Below, in pieces: positions 35,117-43,584 of a stretch of DNA of 64,000 nt; the stretch's first letter is position 1, and the number at the start of each line of letters is the position of its first letter. The stretch comes from Candidatus Pacearchaeota archaeon (GTDB lineage Archaea > Nanobdellota > Nanobdellia > Pacearchaeales > GW2011-AR1), in the NCBI GenBank assembly GCA_026395815.1, contig JAPLXZ010000010.1, positions 6,659-70,658 on the forward strand, read 5' to 3'. The notes beneath the pieces are model-generated. The model saw only the letters and a list, made by a program, of their open reading frames with translations, was not told where the DNA came from and searched no databases. The position numbers and the translations under genes are program-made.

Positions 35117-36703
35117 ATGAAAATTTTGATAATCGTTCCTAAATATACTCTCTCAACTGAAAGAGATTATCTTTTCCCCTTAGGACTAGCTTACATTTCT
35201 TCTACACTGAAAAGAGAAAAATATTCGGTTGATTGTTTGAATTTAAACCAATTAAAAGGAACAGTAGAAGATATTATTTCTTCTCACCTAAATAATAACA
35301 TTTATGAATACGTGCTTACAGGAGGAAATTCCATGATGTTCTCTCAATTTCAAAAAATAATCCAAATAACAAGAAAAAAATCCTCTTCTAAAATAATAAT
35401 TGGCGGTCCTATTATTACAAGTGAGCCAGAACTAATGCTTAATTCCTTCAATCCTGATTTTGCAGTTATTGGAGAAGGGGAGGAAACCATAGTAGAACTA
35501 ATAAATGTTATAGAAAAGAAAAAGAATTTAAAACAAATTAAAGGAATAATCTATAAAGATAAAGAGAAAGTTATAATAACAGAAAACAGAGAACCAATAA
35601 AAGACTTGGAAAAAATTCCGTATCCTGATTTTGACGGTTTTGGTTTTGAAGAGCATTTGAAAAATATGCACAATTTAAATTTTCAGTCGAACGATTTTCC
35701 AAGAAATTATCCAATTCTAATGAGTAGGGGTTGTCCTAATAATTGTACTTTTTGTTGGCATGGAACTCGATACAGGTCAAGGTCAATTAAAGACGTAATG
35801 AAAGAAATAGAATGGGCAATTAGTAAATTTAAGATAAATCATCTTCAAATTTATGACGATTGTTTAGGGGCAGATAAGGAACAATTAAAAGAATTTTGTA
35901 AAGAAATTAAGAAGTTGTCTAAGAAAACAGGGATTCATTTAACATGGAATTGTCAGTTTTTAACAGGTAGTGTAGAAACCCAGATATTAAAAATGATGAA
36001 AGATGCAGGTTGCGAAGCAATAAGTTATGGATTTGAAAGTTTTTCTCCAACTGTTCTTAAAAGTATGAGAAAGCCAATAACTCCTGAACAAATTGATTTT
36101 GCATTAAAGGAAACTTTAAAGGCTAAAATAGCTGTACAAGCGAATTTTATATTTGGAGACCCTGCAGAAACAAAAGAAACTGCAAAAGAAACCTTGGATT
36201 ACTGGAAAAAGAATGCTAACACACAAATAAATCTCTTTTTTGTTCAACCTTATCCTGGAAGCGACTTGTATAAATATTGCATTGAAAAAGGAATAATTAA
36301 GGATAGATTAGATTATATTCAAAATAGAATGAGTCCAGATGCAAGAATTAATATGACTAAAGAAATGAGTGATAAGGAGATTCATGATTTGGGCGATGAG
36401 ATTTTAATTTTATTTAGCAAATATGCAAAATTTGTAAGGCCAATTTCTATGAAGAAAACGAATTCAAACATCTATGCATTTAAGGTAAAGTGTCCTTATT
36501 GTCATGAAGAAATAGTGTATAAGAATTATTTTATTCCTAATCCATTTATGTATGGGTTTCATTTAGTTTGTCGTAATTGTCATATGCAATTTGTCTTAGT
36601 AGGAGCAATTCAAAGAATTGCTTATAGATTTTATTCAAAAACAAGAAGTATAAGAGATAAATATGTCTCCATTAAACTTAAATTAGGAAGAATGTTTGTT
36701 TAA
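35117..36703 (+). CDS. cobalamin-binding-domain radical SAM enzyme with C-terminal 4-Cys zinc ribbon (tandem copy 1)
   Basis: rSAM cluster SRGCPNNCTFCWH, N-terminal IIIGGPIITSEPE and VIGEGEETI, and C-terminal CPYCHEE...CRNCHMQF. Confidence 0.85.
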   Translation: MKILIIVPKYTLSTERDYLFPLGLAYISSTLKREKYSVDCLNLNQLKGTVEDIISSHLNNNIYEYVLTGGNSMMFSQFQKIIQITRKKSSSKIIIGGPIITSEPELMLNSFNPDFAVIGEGEETIVELINVIEKKKNLKQIKGIIYKDKEKVIITENREPIKDLEKIPYPDFDGFGFEEHLKNMHNLNFQSNDFPRNYPILMSRGCPNNCTFCWHGTRYRSRSIKDVMKEIEWAISKFKINHLQIYDDCLGADKEQLKEFCKEIKKLSKKTGIHLTWNCQFLTGSVETQILKMMKDAGCEAISYGFESFSPTVLKSMRKPITPEQIDFALKETLKAKIAVQANFIFGDPAETKETAKETLDYWKKNANTQINLFFVQPYPGSDLYKYCIEKGIIKDRLDYIQNRMSPDARINMTKEMSDKEIHDLGDEILILFSKYAKFVRPISMKKTNSNIYAFKVKCPYCHEEIVYKNYFIPNPFMYGFHLVCRNCHMQFVLVGAIQRIAYRFYSKTRSIRDKYVSIKLKLGRMFV

Positions 36704-36726
36704 TCATAGATTTTTATCATTATATT

Positions 36727-36734
36727 TATAAATA
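36727..36734 (+). promoter_or_regulatory. TATA-like box for the second tandem rSAM gene
   Basis: tataaata begins 27 nt upstream of the ATG 36754, the same spacing as for copy 1. Confidence 0.45.
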
Positions 36735-36753
36735 TTTATCTATCCTCATTTTT

Positions 36754-38355
36754 ATGAAAATTTTGATAATCGTTCCAAAGTACAATCTTTCAACAAAGAA
36801 AGATTACACTTACAATTTTCCATTTGGTTTAGGTTATATTTCTTCCACACTAAAAAAAGCAGGATATGTAGTTGATTGTATAAATTTAAATCATATAAAC
36901 GGAAATGTAGAAGAAATCATATCTTCTTATCTAAGGAATAAGAATTACGAATATATCCTTACTGGAGGAAATGCCTTGCTTTTTTCACAGTTTCAAAAAA
37001 TAATCCAGACAATAAGGAAGAACTCATCTTCCAAAATAGTGCTTGGAGGTCCGATTATAACAAGTGAGCCAGAATTAATGTTCTCTTCTCTTATTCCTGA
37101 TTTTGCAGTTCATGGAGAAGGTGAAGAGACAATTCTAAATTTATTAAGAACAATAGAAAAAGGCAAAGAAATCAGCAAAGTAAAAGGGATAGTCTATCAG
37201 AACAAGGATAAGATTGTGATAACACCTGTTAGAGAGCCAATAAAGGACATAGAAAAAATACCTTATCCTGATTTTGATGGATTCGATTTTCAAAAACAGT
37301 TAGAAAATCTGCACTGTAATGATAGTTGGAATTTTCAAGCACAGGATTTTCCAAGAACTTACCCTCTTCTAGGAAGCCGGGGTTGTCCGTTTAATTGCAC
37401 TTTTTGCTGGCATTCAGAGAGATATCGAGCAAGGTCAATCAAGGACATAATGAAAGAGATAGAATGGGCAATTAACAAATTTAAGATAAACAATCTTGTT
37501 ATTTATGATGATTGTTTTGGAGCAGATAAAAAGAGAGTAAGAGAATTCTGCAAGGAAATAAAAAAATTGTTCAAGAAAACAGGAGTTTCTCTTATCTGGA
37601 ATTCTCAGTATATAGTTAGCAATGTTGATGCGGAAATATTAAAAGTTATGAAAGATGCTGGCTGTGAAATGGTCGGATATGGATTTGAAAGTTTTTCTCC
37701 AATTGTTCTTCGAAGCATGAGAAAACCCATAACCCCCAAGCAGATTGATTTTGCACTTAAAGAAACTTTAAAAGTTAACATGGGCGTGCAAGGAAATTTT
37801 ATCTTCGGAGATCCTGTAGAAACCAAAGAAACTGCAAAAGAAACCTTAGACTATTGGAAAAAAAATGCTCAAGCCCAAATAACTCTTGGTTTTGTTCAGC
37901 CATATCCTGGAAGCGACTTGTACAAATATTGCCTGAAAAAAGGGATGATAAAAGACAAACTTGCCTATATCCAAAATCAGATGGGTTCAGATTCGAGAAT
38001 TAATATGACTGAAAAAATGAGCGATAAGGAAATTCAGGAATTAAGTGATTCCCTTTTAGTTTTGTTCAGCAGATACGCAAAATTTGTAAAGCCAATTTCT
38101 ATGAAAAAAATGAAGAAAAATGTTTATGCATTCGAGATAAAATGCCCTTACTGCTATAAAAAACTACTCTATAAAAATTGCTTTATTCCAAATAAGTTTA
38201 CATATGGTTTTCATTTAACTTGCCGTAATTGCCATATGAGATTTGTTTTAGTCAGTGCAATCCAAAAAATAGCATATAGATTTTATTCTGGAACAAGAAA
38301 AATAAGGAACAGATATGTTTCAATTAAAACCAAAATTAGAAGAATGTCTGTTTAA
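36754..38355 (+). CDS. cobalamin-binding-domain radical SAM enzyme with C-terminal 4-Cys zinc ribbon (tandem copy 2)
   Basis: rSAM cluster SRGCPFNCTFCWH, N-terminal VLGGPIITSEPE and VHGEGEETI, and C-terminal CPYCYKK...CRNCHMRF. It is collinear with copy 1 along its whole length. Confidence 0.85.
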   Translation: MKILIIVPKYNLSTKKDYTYNFPFGLGYISSTLKKAGYVVDCINLNHINGNVEEIISSYLRNKNYEYILTGGNALLFSQFQKIIQTIRKNSSSKIVLGGPIITSEPELMFSSLIPDFAVHGEGEETILNLLRTIEKGKEISKVKGIVYQNKDKIVITPVREPIKDIEKIPYPDFDGFDFQKQLENLHCNDSWNFQAQDFPRTYPLLGSRGCPFNCTFCWHSERYRARSIKDIMKEIEWAINKFKINNLVIYDDCFGADKKRVREFCKEIKKLFKKTGVSLIWNSQYIVSNVDAEILKVMKDAGCEMVGYGFESFSPIVLRSMRKPITPKQIDFALKETLKVNMGVQGNFIFGDPVETKETAKETLDYWKKNAQAQITLGFVQPYPGSDLYKYCLKKGMIKDKLAYIQNQMGSDSRINMTEKMSDKEIQELSDSLLVLFSRYAKFVKPISMKKMKKNVYAFEIKCPYCYKKLLYKNCFIPNKFTYGFHLTCRNCHMRFVLVSAIQKIAYRFYSGTRKIRNRYVSIKTKIRRMSV

Positions 38356-38379
38356 ATTTTTTTATATCTTTTAGATTTT

Positions 38380-39396
38380 CTACCAGCAATAAAAATCTTC
38401 TTCACAAAAATTATTTAAAATAATTTTGTAATCTTTCCTTATAGCCCTTATGACTTTAGGAAGCCTTTCTTTATCGTCTCTTTTATGATATGCAGACAGA
38501 GATAACACTGGTTTAAACTTCTTTATTGTTTTGCTTGCCCCTATTAGCAATTTATCTTCAAATCCTTCAACATCCATTTTTATGAAGTCTACTCTTTTGA
38601 TTTTGTTTTTTGCTACAAAATCATCTAATTTTACTATTTCAATCTTCTCGGATTTTTGTCCTGCTACTTCTCCTATTTTGGCTCCACCATCAACTCCTCC
38701 AGAAAAAGAGATATTTCCAGAACTGTTTTCATCACCTAATGCTTTTCTGACAACAACAATTCTGTCTTGCATTTTATTCAATTTTATATTTTCTTCTAGA
38801 ACATTAGCTGTGTTGGGAACAGGTTCAAATGCATATACTCTTTTTGCTCCCATGTAAACTGCAAGCAAAGAGAAATCTCCCATATAAGAACCAGCATCAA
38901 TAATTATTTTATTCTTCATATTTTTTTCAGAAACATTATACTGGTTTGTGTACATAATTTGCTTTATTCCAAGAATTGTATCCCACATTAAATAATGGCT
39001 TTTTAAAATGAAATAAAAAGTCTTGTCTTTAAGAAAAACTTCTATTCTCACAACTTTTTTCAATTTGTTCATCGAAGCAACTATAGGAGAAAGCAATGGC
39101 AAGCACATTCCCCTGCTTACTCTTGGTTCAATATTCTTTAGCTTTCTCATAATTCCTGTGAAAAGAATCTTGCTTAGTTTTGTTTTGCTCATGCCTTTCC
39201 AAGGCAAGTTTATTATCTGTCTGATTGAATTGTACTCCATAATCCTGAACACCCTGTCTATTTTCTTAAGAGCAATAGAAATTCTTTCTCCCTCTTTTGT
39301 AATAAGATCAATTTTTTCTATTTGGAACCCTGCTCTCTCAGGCATTTTATTTTCTTTTGATTCCTGTTTCATTCTTCGTCGTATAAATCCCTCCAT
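38380..39396 (-). CDS. FkbM-family methyltransferase with an N-terminal extension
   Basis: IIIDAGSYMGDFSLLAVYMGAKRVYAFEPVPNTANVLEENIKLN (motif I plus the FkbM-type FEP block) and VDFIKMDVEGFE. The ~150 aa N-terminal region has no recognisable motif. Confidence 0.7.
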   Translation of the reverse strand: MEGFIRRRMKQESKENKMPERAGFQIEKIDLITKEGERISIALKKIDRVFRIMEYNSIRQIINLPWKGMSKTKLSKILFTGIMRKLKNIEPRVSRGMCLPLLSPIVASMNKLKKVVRIEVFLKDKTFYFILKSHYLMWDTILGIKQIMYTNQYNVSEKNMKNKIIIDAGSYMGDFSLLAVYMGAKRVYAFEPVPNTANVLEENIKLNKMQDRIVVVRKALGDENSSGNISFSGGVDGGAKIGEVAGQKSEKIEIVKLDDFVAKNKIKRVDFIKMDVEGFEDKLLIGASKTIKKFKPVLSLSAYHKRDDKERLPKVIRAIRKDYKIILNNFCEEDFYCW

Positions 39397-39893
39397 TCTA
39401 TAATCATAACAGGCCTTTTCGATTCCTTTGCCTTATTATAAGCTTCTTCAACTTCATAAGCCGTTTTTGGAGTGTAAACAGGAAAGTCAACAAGATCTTT
39501 GAATGCTCTGCTGAAATCCTGCATATGTTGTATCCCAGGATTAAGGGGATTTCTGCTTCCAATTACAGCCCTTATAATTACAGAAGGAGCAAATTCTCCG
39601 AGAGAGAGTTGTTCTATTTTGCTTAAGTGATTTACAATTCCATCTAATGCGTTCAGCATAAAATCATGCCTTTCGAAAAAAACAACAGGATGATACCCTT
39701 CTAAAGCCATTCCTGTTGCAAGTCCTATCATAAGATTTTCTGCTACAGGGGTTTCTATCTTTTTTTCTTTAGGAACATCTTTTAATGTTCCATATCCCTG
39801 AGAACCAAAATTGACATTGTACCCAATGAATACAACATTTTCCTTTTCAGCAAGCATCTCCATGGATTTTTTAACAGCATCCTTGTATTTCAT
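39369..39893 (-). CDS. TPP-dependent enzyme, short E1 beta-like subunit (pyrimidine-binding domain only)
   Basis: IETPVAENLMIGLATGMALEGYHPVVFFERHDFMLNALDGIVNHLSK matches the Pyr-domain pattern. At 174 aa it lacks the C-terminal domain present in 17071..17973. Confidence 0.65.
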   Translation of the reverse strand: MKYKDAVKKSMEMLAEKENVVFIGYNVNFGSQGYGTLKDVPKEKKIETPVAENLMIGLATGMALEGYHPVVFFERHDFMLNALDGIVNHLSKIEQLSLGEFAPSVIIRAVIGSRNPLNPGIQHMQDFSRAFKDLVDFPVYTPKTAYEVEEAYNKAKESKRPVMIIEWRDLYDEE

Positions 39894-40537
39894 TAAAAAC
39901 TCGAACCCCCACTTTTAATTCCATTAAAATCAACAAACTTCCCTGTTCCAACATGAGGATAAGTAGGAGTGTAATGATATCTTCTTACACAGCTAGGCCA
40001 TTCTATTTCTGACTTTCCATATCTCTCATTCTTTGGAGTTTCTACAGAACGATTATTATCTTCAAGAATAAATGTACACGGAAGATCATGTCCATCAACA
40101 TATCTTACTGCTTCATAAAAATGTCCTTCATCTTCTGCACCATCCCCAACAAAACACCAAACATGCTGATTGCTCTTTTTTCTTTTTAATCCTAAAGCAA
40201 CTCCTGAAGCAATTGCAACCGTTCCTGCAACAATTGCAGATGTCAAGAAATTAACATTTTTATCAAAGAAATTCATTATGCTATTTCCTTCCATCATTAG
40301 CTTCTCTAATTTCTCAGGAGAACCTCCTGCAAGAAGATAATGGTAATGGAAACGATGAGTTGAAAAGATGTAATCACCTTGGTTGATCTCTCTGAATATT
40401 TCTATTAACTGCTCTTCATTTCCTCCAGAAAAATGAACAGGATAAGGAATCTTAGCGTCATCCCATAAATCAGCAATTCTTTTTTCAAAGCCGATTAATC
40501 CTTCCTTGGTTATTTTTATTTCCATTTTATTGTTCAT
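39893..40537 (-). CDS. TPP-dependent enzyme, short E1 alpha-like subunit
   Basis: TPP motif CFVGDGAEDEGHFYEAVRYVDGHDLPCTFILEDNNRSV. 214 aa. Its stop abuts the beta-like gene. Confidence 0.65.
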   Translation of the reverse strand: MNNKMEIKITKEGLIGFEKRIADLWDDAKIPYPVHFSGGNEEQLIEIFREINQGDYIFSTHRFHYHYLLAGGSPEKLEKLMMEGNSIMNFFDKNVNFLTSAIVAGTVAIASGVALGLKRKKSNQHVWCFVGDGAEDEGHFYEAVRYVDGHDLPCTFILEDNNRSVETPKNERYGKSEIEWPSCVRRYHYTPTYPHVGTGKFVDFNGIKSGGSSF

Positions 40538-41589
40538 AAAAAATTATCATGAGGATGAGAATTGGTTACTCTTTCAAGATACCTGTTTGAAGCATCTAAT
40601 CTGCAGCCTTTTCTGCATTCCCCCACACCCTGCTTTCTTAATTTTTTTAATATTTCTTTTCTTTTTTCCCCATTCCAAATTTCTTTAAAACTATGTTCAT
40701 ACAGATTTCCATAGGTAAATTCAGAGTTATCATGAAAAAGATTGCATGGGATGATATTCCCCTTTGCTTCTATTAAAGTAAAAAAAGAAAGCCCATAACA
40801 TTCATGATAGTCTCTTTCAAGGTCTAATCTTTCTGCTGTTGCTTTCCTGAATAGTATCTTAAAACCATCAGAGTTATATCTTTCCAATGTTCTTTCAAGT
40901 GCATTGTACTGCTCTCTGTCAATAGCAAGATTGTTGACGCTGTTTGGATGATGCGAATATGGTTTAATCTGAAGATTATCTACTCCCATGTCTTTTAATC
41001 TTCCTGCAAGAATCGCAGGCTGGTCCATGTTTTGATGAATCACCAAAAACTGAGCACCTATAGTTGTTTTTAGACCATTTTTATTTCTATACATAACTGT
41101 CTCCCTTATATTATCCATGACTCTTTCAAAATTTTCTGGCTTTGTTCCATGCACTCTTGCGTAATTTTCAGCACTTCCAGAATCAACACTAAATCTTATC
41201 CAGGAAAGATTTGGAAGACATTGTTCTATTTTTTTCGTTGTAAAAACTGACCCATTTGTTGTAATAGAAACATCTAAATCATACTCTTTTGCCTTTTGTG
41301 TAAACAGCCCTATATCTTTATGCATTAGTGGTTCTCCTTCTCCTGCAAACATGACTGACTTCACTCCGCATTCTGCCATTTCCTTTAAGGCTGAAGTCAT
41401 AACATCAGTGTCAATCATGTGTGTTCCATTTTTTAAAAAGTCTAATGCACAGAACACGCAATCGTTATTGCAATAATTAGTAGGGCCGATTTCAACATAT
41501 ACAGGATAACAGTCTCCTTTTTCTTTCCATTCAGCAACTCTGTCTGGATGATACATTAATTTGTGGCTGTCCACCTCTGGTTGTTCCAT
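40534..41589 (-). CDS. radical SAM enzyme (SPASM/twitch-like C-terminus)
   Basis: Cluster motif GPTNYCNNDCVFCALD preceded by YHPDRVAEWKEKG, then FAGEGEPLMH. C-terminal cysteines IIPCNLF...GECRKGCR. It overlaps the E1 alpha-like gene by 4 nt. Confidence 0.8.
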   Translation of the reverse strand: MEQPEVDSHKLMYHPDRVAEWKEKGDCYPVYVEIGPTNYCNNDCVFCALDFLKNGTHMIDTDVMTSALKEMAECGVKSVMFAGEGEPLMHKDIGLFTQKAKEYDLDVSITTNGSVFTTKKIEQCLPNLSWIRFSVDSGSAENYARVHGTKPENFERVMDNIRETVMYRNKNGLKTTIGAQFLVIHQNMDQPAILAGRLKDMGVDNLQIKPYSHHPNSVNNLAIDREQYNALERTLERYNSDGFKILFRKATAERLDLERDYHECYGLSFFTLIEAKGNIIPCNLFHDNSEFTYGNLYEHSFKEIWNGEKRKEILKKLRKQGVGECRKGCRLDASNRYLERVTNSHPHDNFL

Positions 41590-41649
41590 TATTCCCCATA
41601 AAAAAGATATGTTTAAAAAGATTTATGTAACAAAGATAGTTAGTACAAA

Positions 41650-42048
41650 ATGGGAAGCGTTGCTGCAGTAGTTTTAATGAATGAACAGAACAAACTTTTG
41701 CTTTATCTAAGAGATAACAAGCCTTCAATAGACTATCCAGATAATTGGGCCCTTTTGGGAGGGCATGTAGAAGGGAACGAGACTCCTACTGAAGCATTAA
41801 AAAGAGAACTTAGAGAAGAGATAGGACATGAATTAGTGAATCCAATATTCTTAGGATGTTTTGATGACAGGGTTGGAAATGTATGCTATATGTACAAAGA
41901 TAAGATTAATAAAAAGCTTGGTGAGATCGTCTTGACAGAAGGACAAAGATTAGGATATTTTACATTTGAAGAAGCACTTAGAAAAAAGATTCCAGCTCCA
42001 TTAAGAGATTTTTTTATGGAATACAAAGAAAGACTTTTTATGGAATAA
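41650..42048 (+). CDS. NUDIX hydrolase
   Basis: Nudix box GGHVEGNETPTEALKRELREEIGHE. Confidence 0.8.
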   Translation: MGSVAAVVLMNEQNKLLLYLRDNKPSIDYPDNWALLGGHVEGNETPTEALKRELREEIGHELVNPIFLGCFDDRVGNVCYMYKDKINKKLGEIVLTEGQRLGYFTFEEALRKKIPAPLRDFFMEYKERLFME

Positions 42049-42051
42049 ACT

Positions 42052-42708
42052 TTATGGGATAAGCCAATAGTAATCTCCAGTATACCCAACTTCTTGAAAA
42101 AGTTTTTCCCAATCTTCACAGCCCATAAGAGTTTTTGCCGTAAGATTCCATTTAAGCATTTTTTCTTTTTCTTCTTCATTCCTCCATGCATCTACAGTCA
42201 AAAATGCATTTTTTCCAACTCTTTGTATTTCTTTAATTGCATTTTTGCATTCTTTCAATGGAAGATTATGAGCTGTTGTGATAGAAATAGCCAAATCAAA
42301 TTCTTTATTTGCAAATTTCTCCAAGTTTTTTGCGTCTCCAACACTTAAAAAGGGTTTTATTTCCTCTTTTCCATTAGCAATTGCATATTCAGAAATATCA
42401 ATTCCTCTTACACTTATCCCTGGAATAACTCTTGTGAAATCATAAAGCATAAATCCTTTTCCGCATCCCACATCCAATATCTTACTGTTTTGAGTAAGGT
42501 GATAATAATTAGCCATATCTCTAACAACATCTGTCCAAAATCTTGGATGATAATTATATCCCCCATAACCATGCTTCCTCTCTCCGTCAAAGAATTCTTT
42601 TCCAAACTGTCTTGCAATGTTCTTGTCTTCTTCTGTTTTCTGAGTTGCTCTTTCGTCTGTATTCTTTTTGCTTGCAGGATATCTGTTCATTAAATTTACT
42701 TCTGCCAT
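42052..42708 (-). CDS. class I SAM-dependent methyltransferase
   Basis: Intact motif I ILDVGCGKGFMLYDF and post-I acidic residue RGIDISEYA. Paralog of 25113..25874. Confidence 0.8.
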   Translation of the reverse strand: MAEVNLMNRYPASKKNTDERATQKTEEDKNIARQFGKEFFDGERKHGYGGYNYHPRFWTDVVRDMANYYHLTQNSKILDVGCGKGFMLYDFTRVIPGISVRGIDISEYAIANGKEEIKPFLSVGDAKNLEKFANKEFDLAISITTAHNLPLKECKNAIKEIQRVGKNAFLTVDAWRNEEEKEKMLKWNLTAKTLMGCEDWEKLFQEVGYTGDYYWLIP

Positions 42709-43577
42709 TTTATTTTTTGTTTTTGAATGTAAAAACTCAATCCGCTTTTTATGTCTGTGAATCTGATTTTTGGAAAAATTTCTCCTAACAACTTGGTATC
42801 AAATCTCATCTCTCCAATTCTTTTTCCGCTGTCTTTTCTTTCTTCATATTCAACAGAAACTTTCCCGGAAAAAAGAAATTTTATAAGTTCTGCAATTTCT
42901 CCTATTGAATAGTTTTCTCCTGTTGCAACATTCACAGTTAAATCAGTTCTTTTATCAATACCCTCTTTTATTAGTTTGTGTAAGTCATCAACATAAAAAA
43001 AATCCCTTCTATCCAATCCGTTATTTGCTAAGATGATTTTTCCGTTTATAGCAGATTTAACCAATCGGTTTATTGTGCTTATTCCATCATCTCCATTTCC
43101 ATACATTCCGGATAATCTCAAAGTCAAAAGCGGAATCCCTTTGTTTGAACATGTTGATTTAAGGATAAATTCACTTGAAAGTTTTGATATTGCATAATGA
43201 TCATTCGGATTAGGCAATAATTTTTCATGAATAGGAAGAGTTGGATTTATCCCATAAACATCAGCGGTACTTAAAAAAATGAATTGTCCAGGCAAATTTT
43301 CCTTAATGAATCTAGAGATATTATCTGCCATTTTTATGTTCTTGGTCATCGATTCTAATGAATTCTCTTTTAATCTTGTTATAGAAGATGCCATTATCAC
43401 AACATCGTCGCTGTTGAATCTTGGAAGAGTTAAAGAAACCGAATTATAAAACAGAAGATTACAGTCTTGTGAAGAATATCCTTTAACATCAAAATCGCTA
43501 TCTGCTGAGAAATTCTTATATAAACTATTTCCGACAAATCCGCTTGCTCCAAGGATATGTACTCTTGTTTTGTTCAT
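42696..43577 (-). CDS. NAD(P)-dependent sugar epimerase/reductase (extended SDR)
   Basis: VHILGASGFVGNS Rossmann motif and catalytic HYAISKLSSE (YxxxK). Confidence 0.75.
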   Translation of the reverse strand: MNKTRVHILGASGFVGNSLYKNFSADSDFDVKGYSSQDCNLLFYNSVSLTLPRFNSDDVVIMASSITRLKENSLESMTKNIKMADNISRFIKENLPGQFIFLSTADVYGINPTLPIHEKLLPNPNDHYAISKLSSEFILKSTCSNKGIPLLTLRLSGMYGNGDDGISTINRLVKSAINGKIILANNGLDRRDFFYVDDLHKLIKEGIDKRTDLTVNVATGENYSIGEIAELIKFLFSGKVSVEYEERKDSGKRIGEMRFDTKLLGEIFPKIRFTDIKSGLSFYIQKQKIKWQK

Positions 43578-43584
43578 TTTAATT

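Noticed and set aside
25825-38355. The idea that the B12-type/SPASM/HemN rSAM genes form a RiPP (proteusin-like) peptide-modification cluster.
   Set aside because: I found no small precursor-peptide ORF, leader peptidase, RiPP recognition element protein or ABC/peptidase exporter. Every rSAM is flanked by nucleotide-sugar genes. The idea cannot be fully excluded without profile searches, so it is listed under what would refute the main finding.
38531-39403. Two + strand ORFs (108 and 126 aa).
   Set aside because: They are antisense to the FkbM-type methyltransferase gene, whose motifs are clear. No independent support.
39369-40537. The split small TPP pair as sulfopyruvate/phosphonopyruvate decarboxylase (ComDE/Ppd), which would imply coenzyme M or phosphonate synthesis.
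   Set aside because: The sizes are similar, but the TPP motif is E1-type (GDGA...EDNN) and the partner has the E1-beta pyrimidine-domain pattern. No PEP mutase or other phosphonate/CoM genes are in the window.
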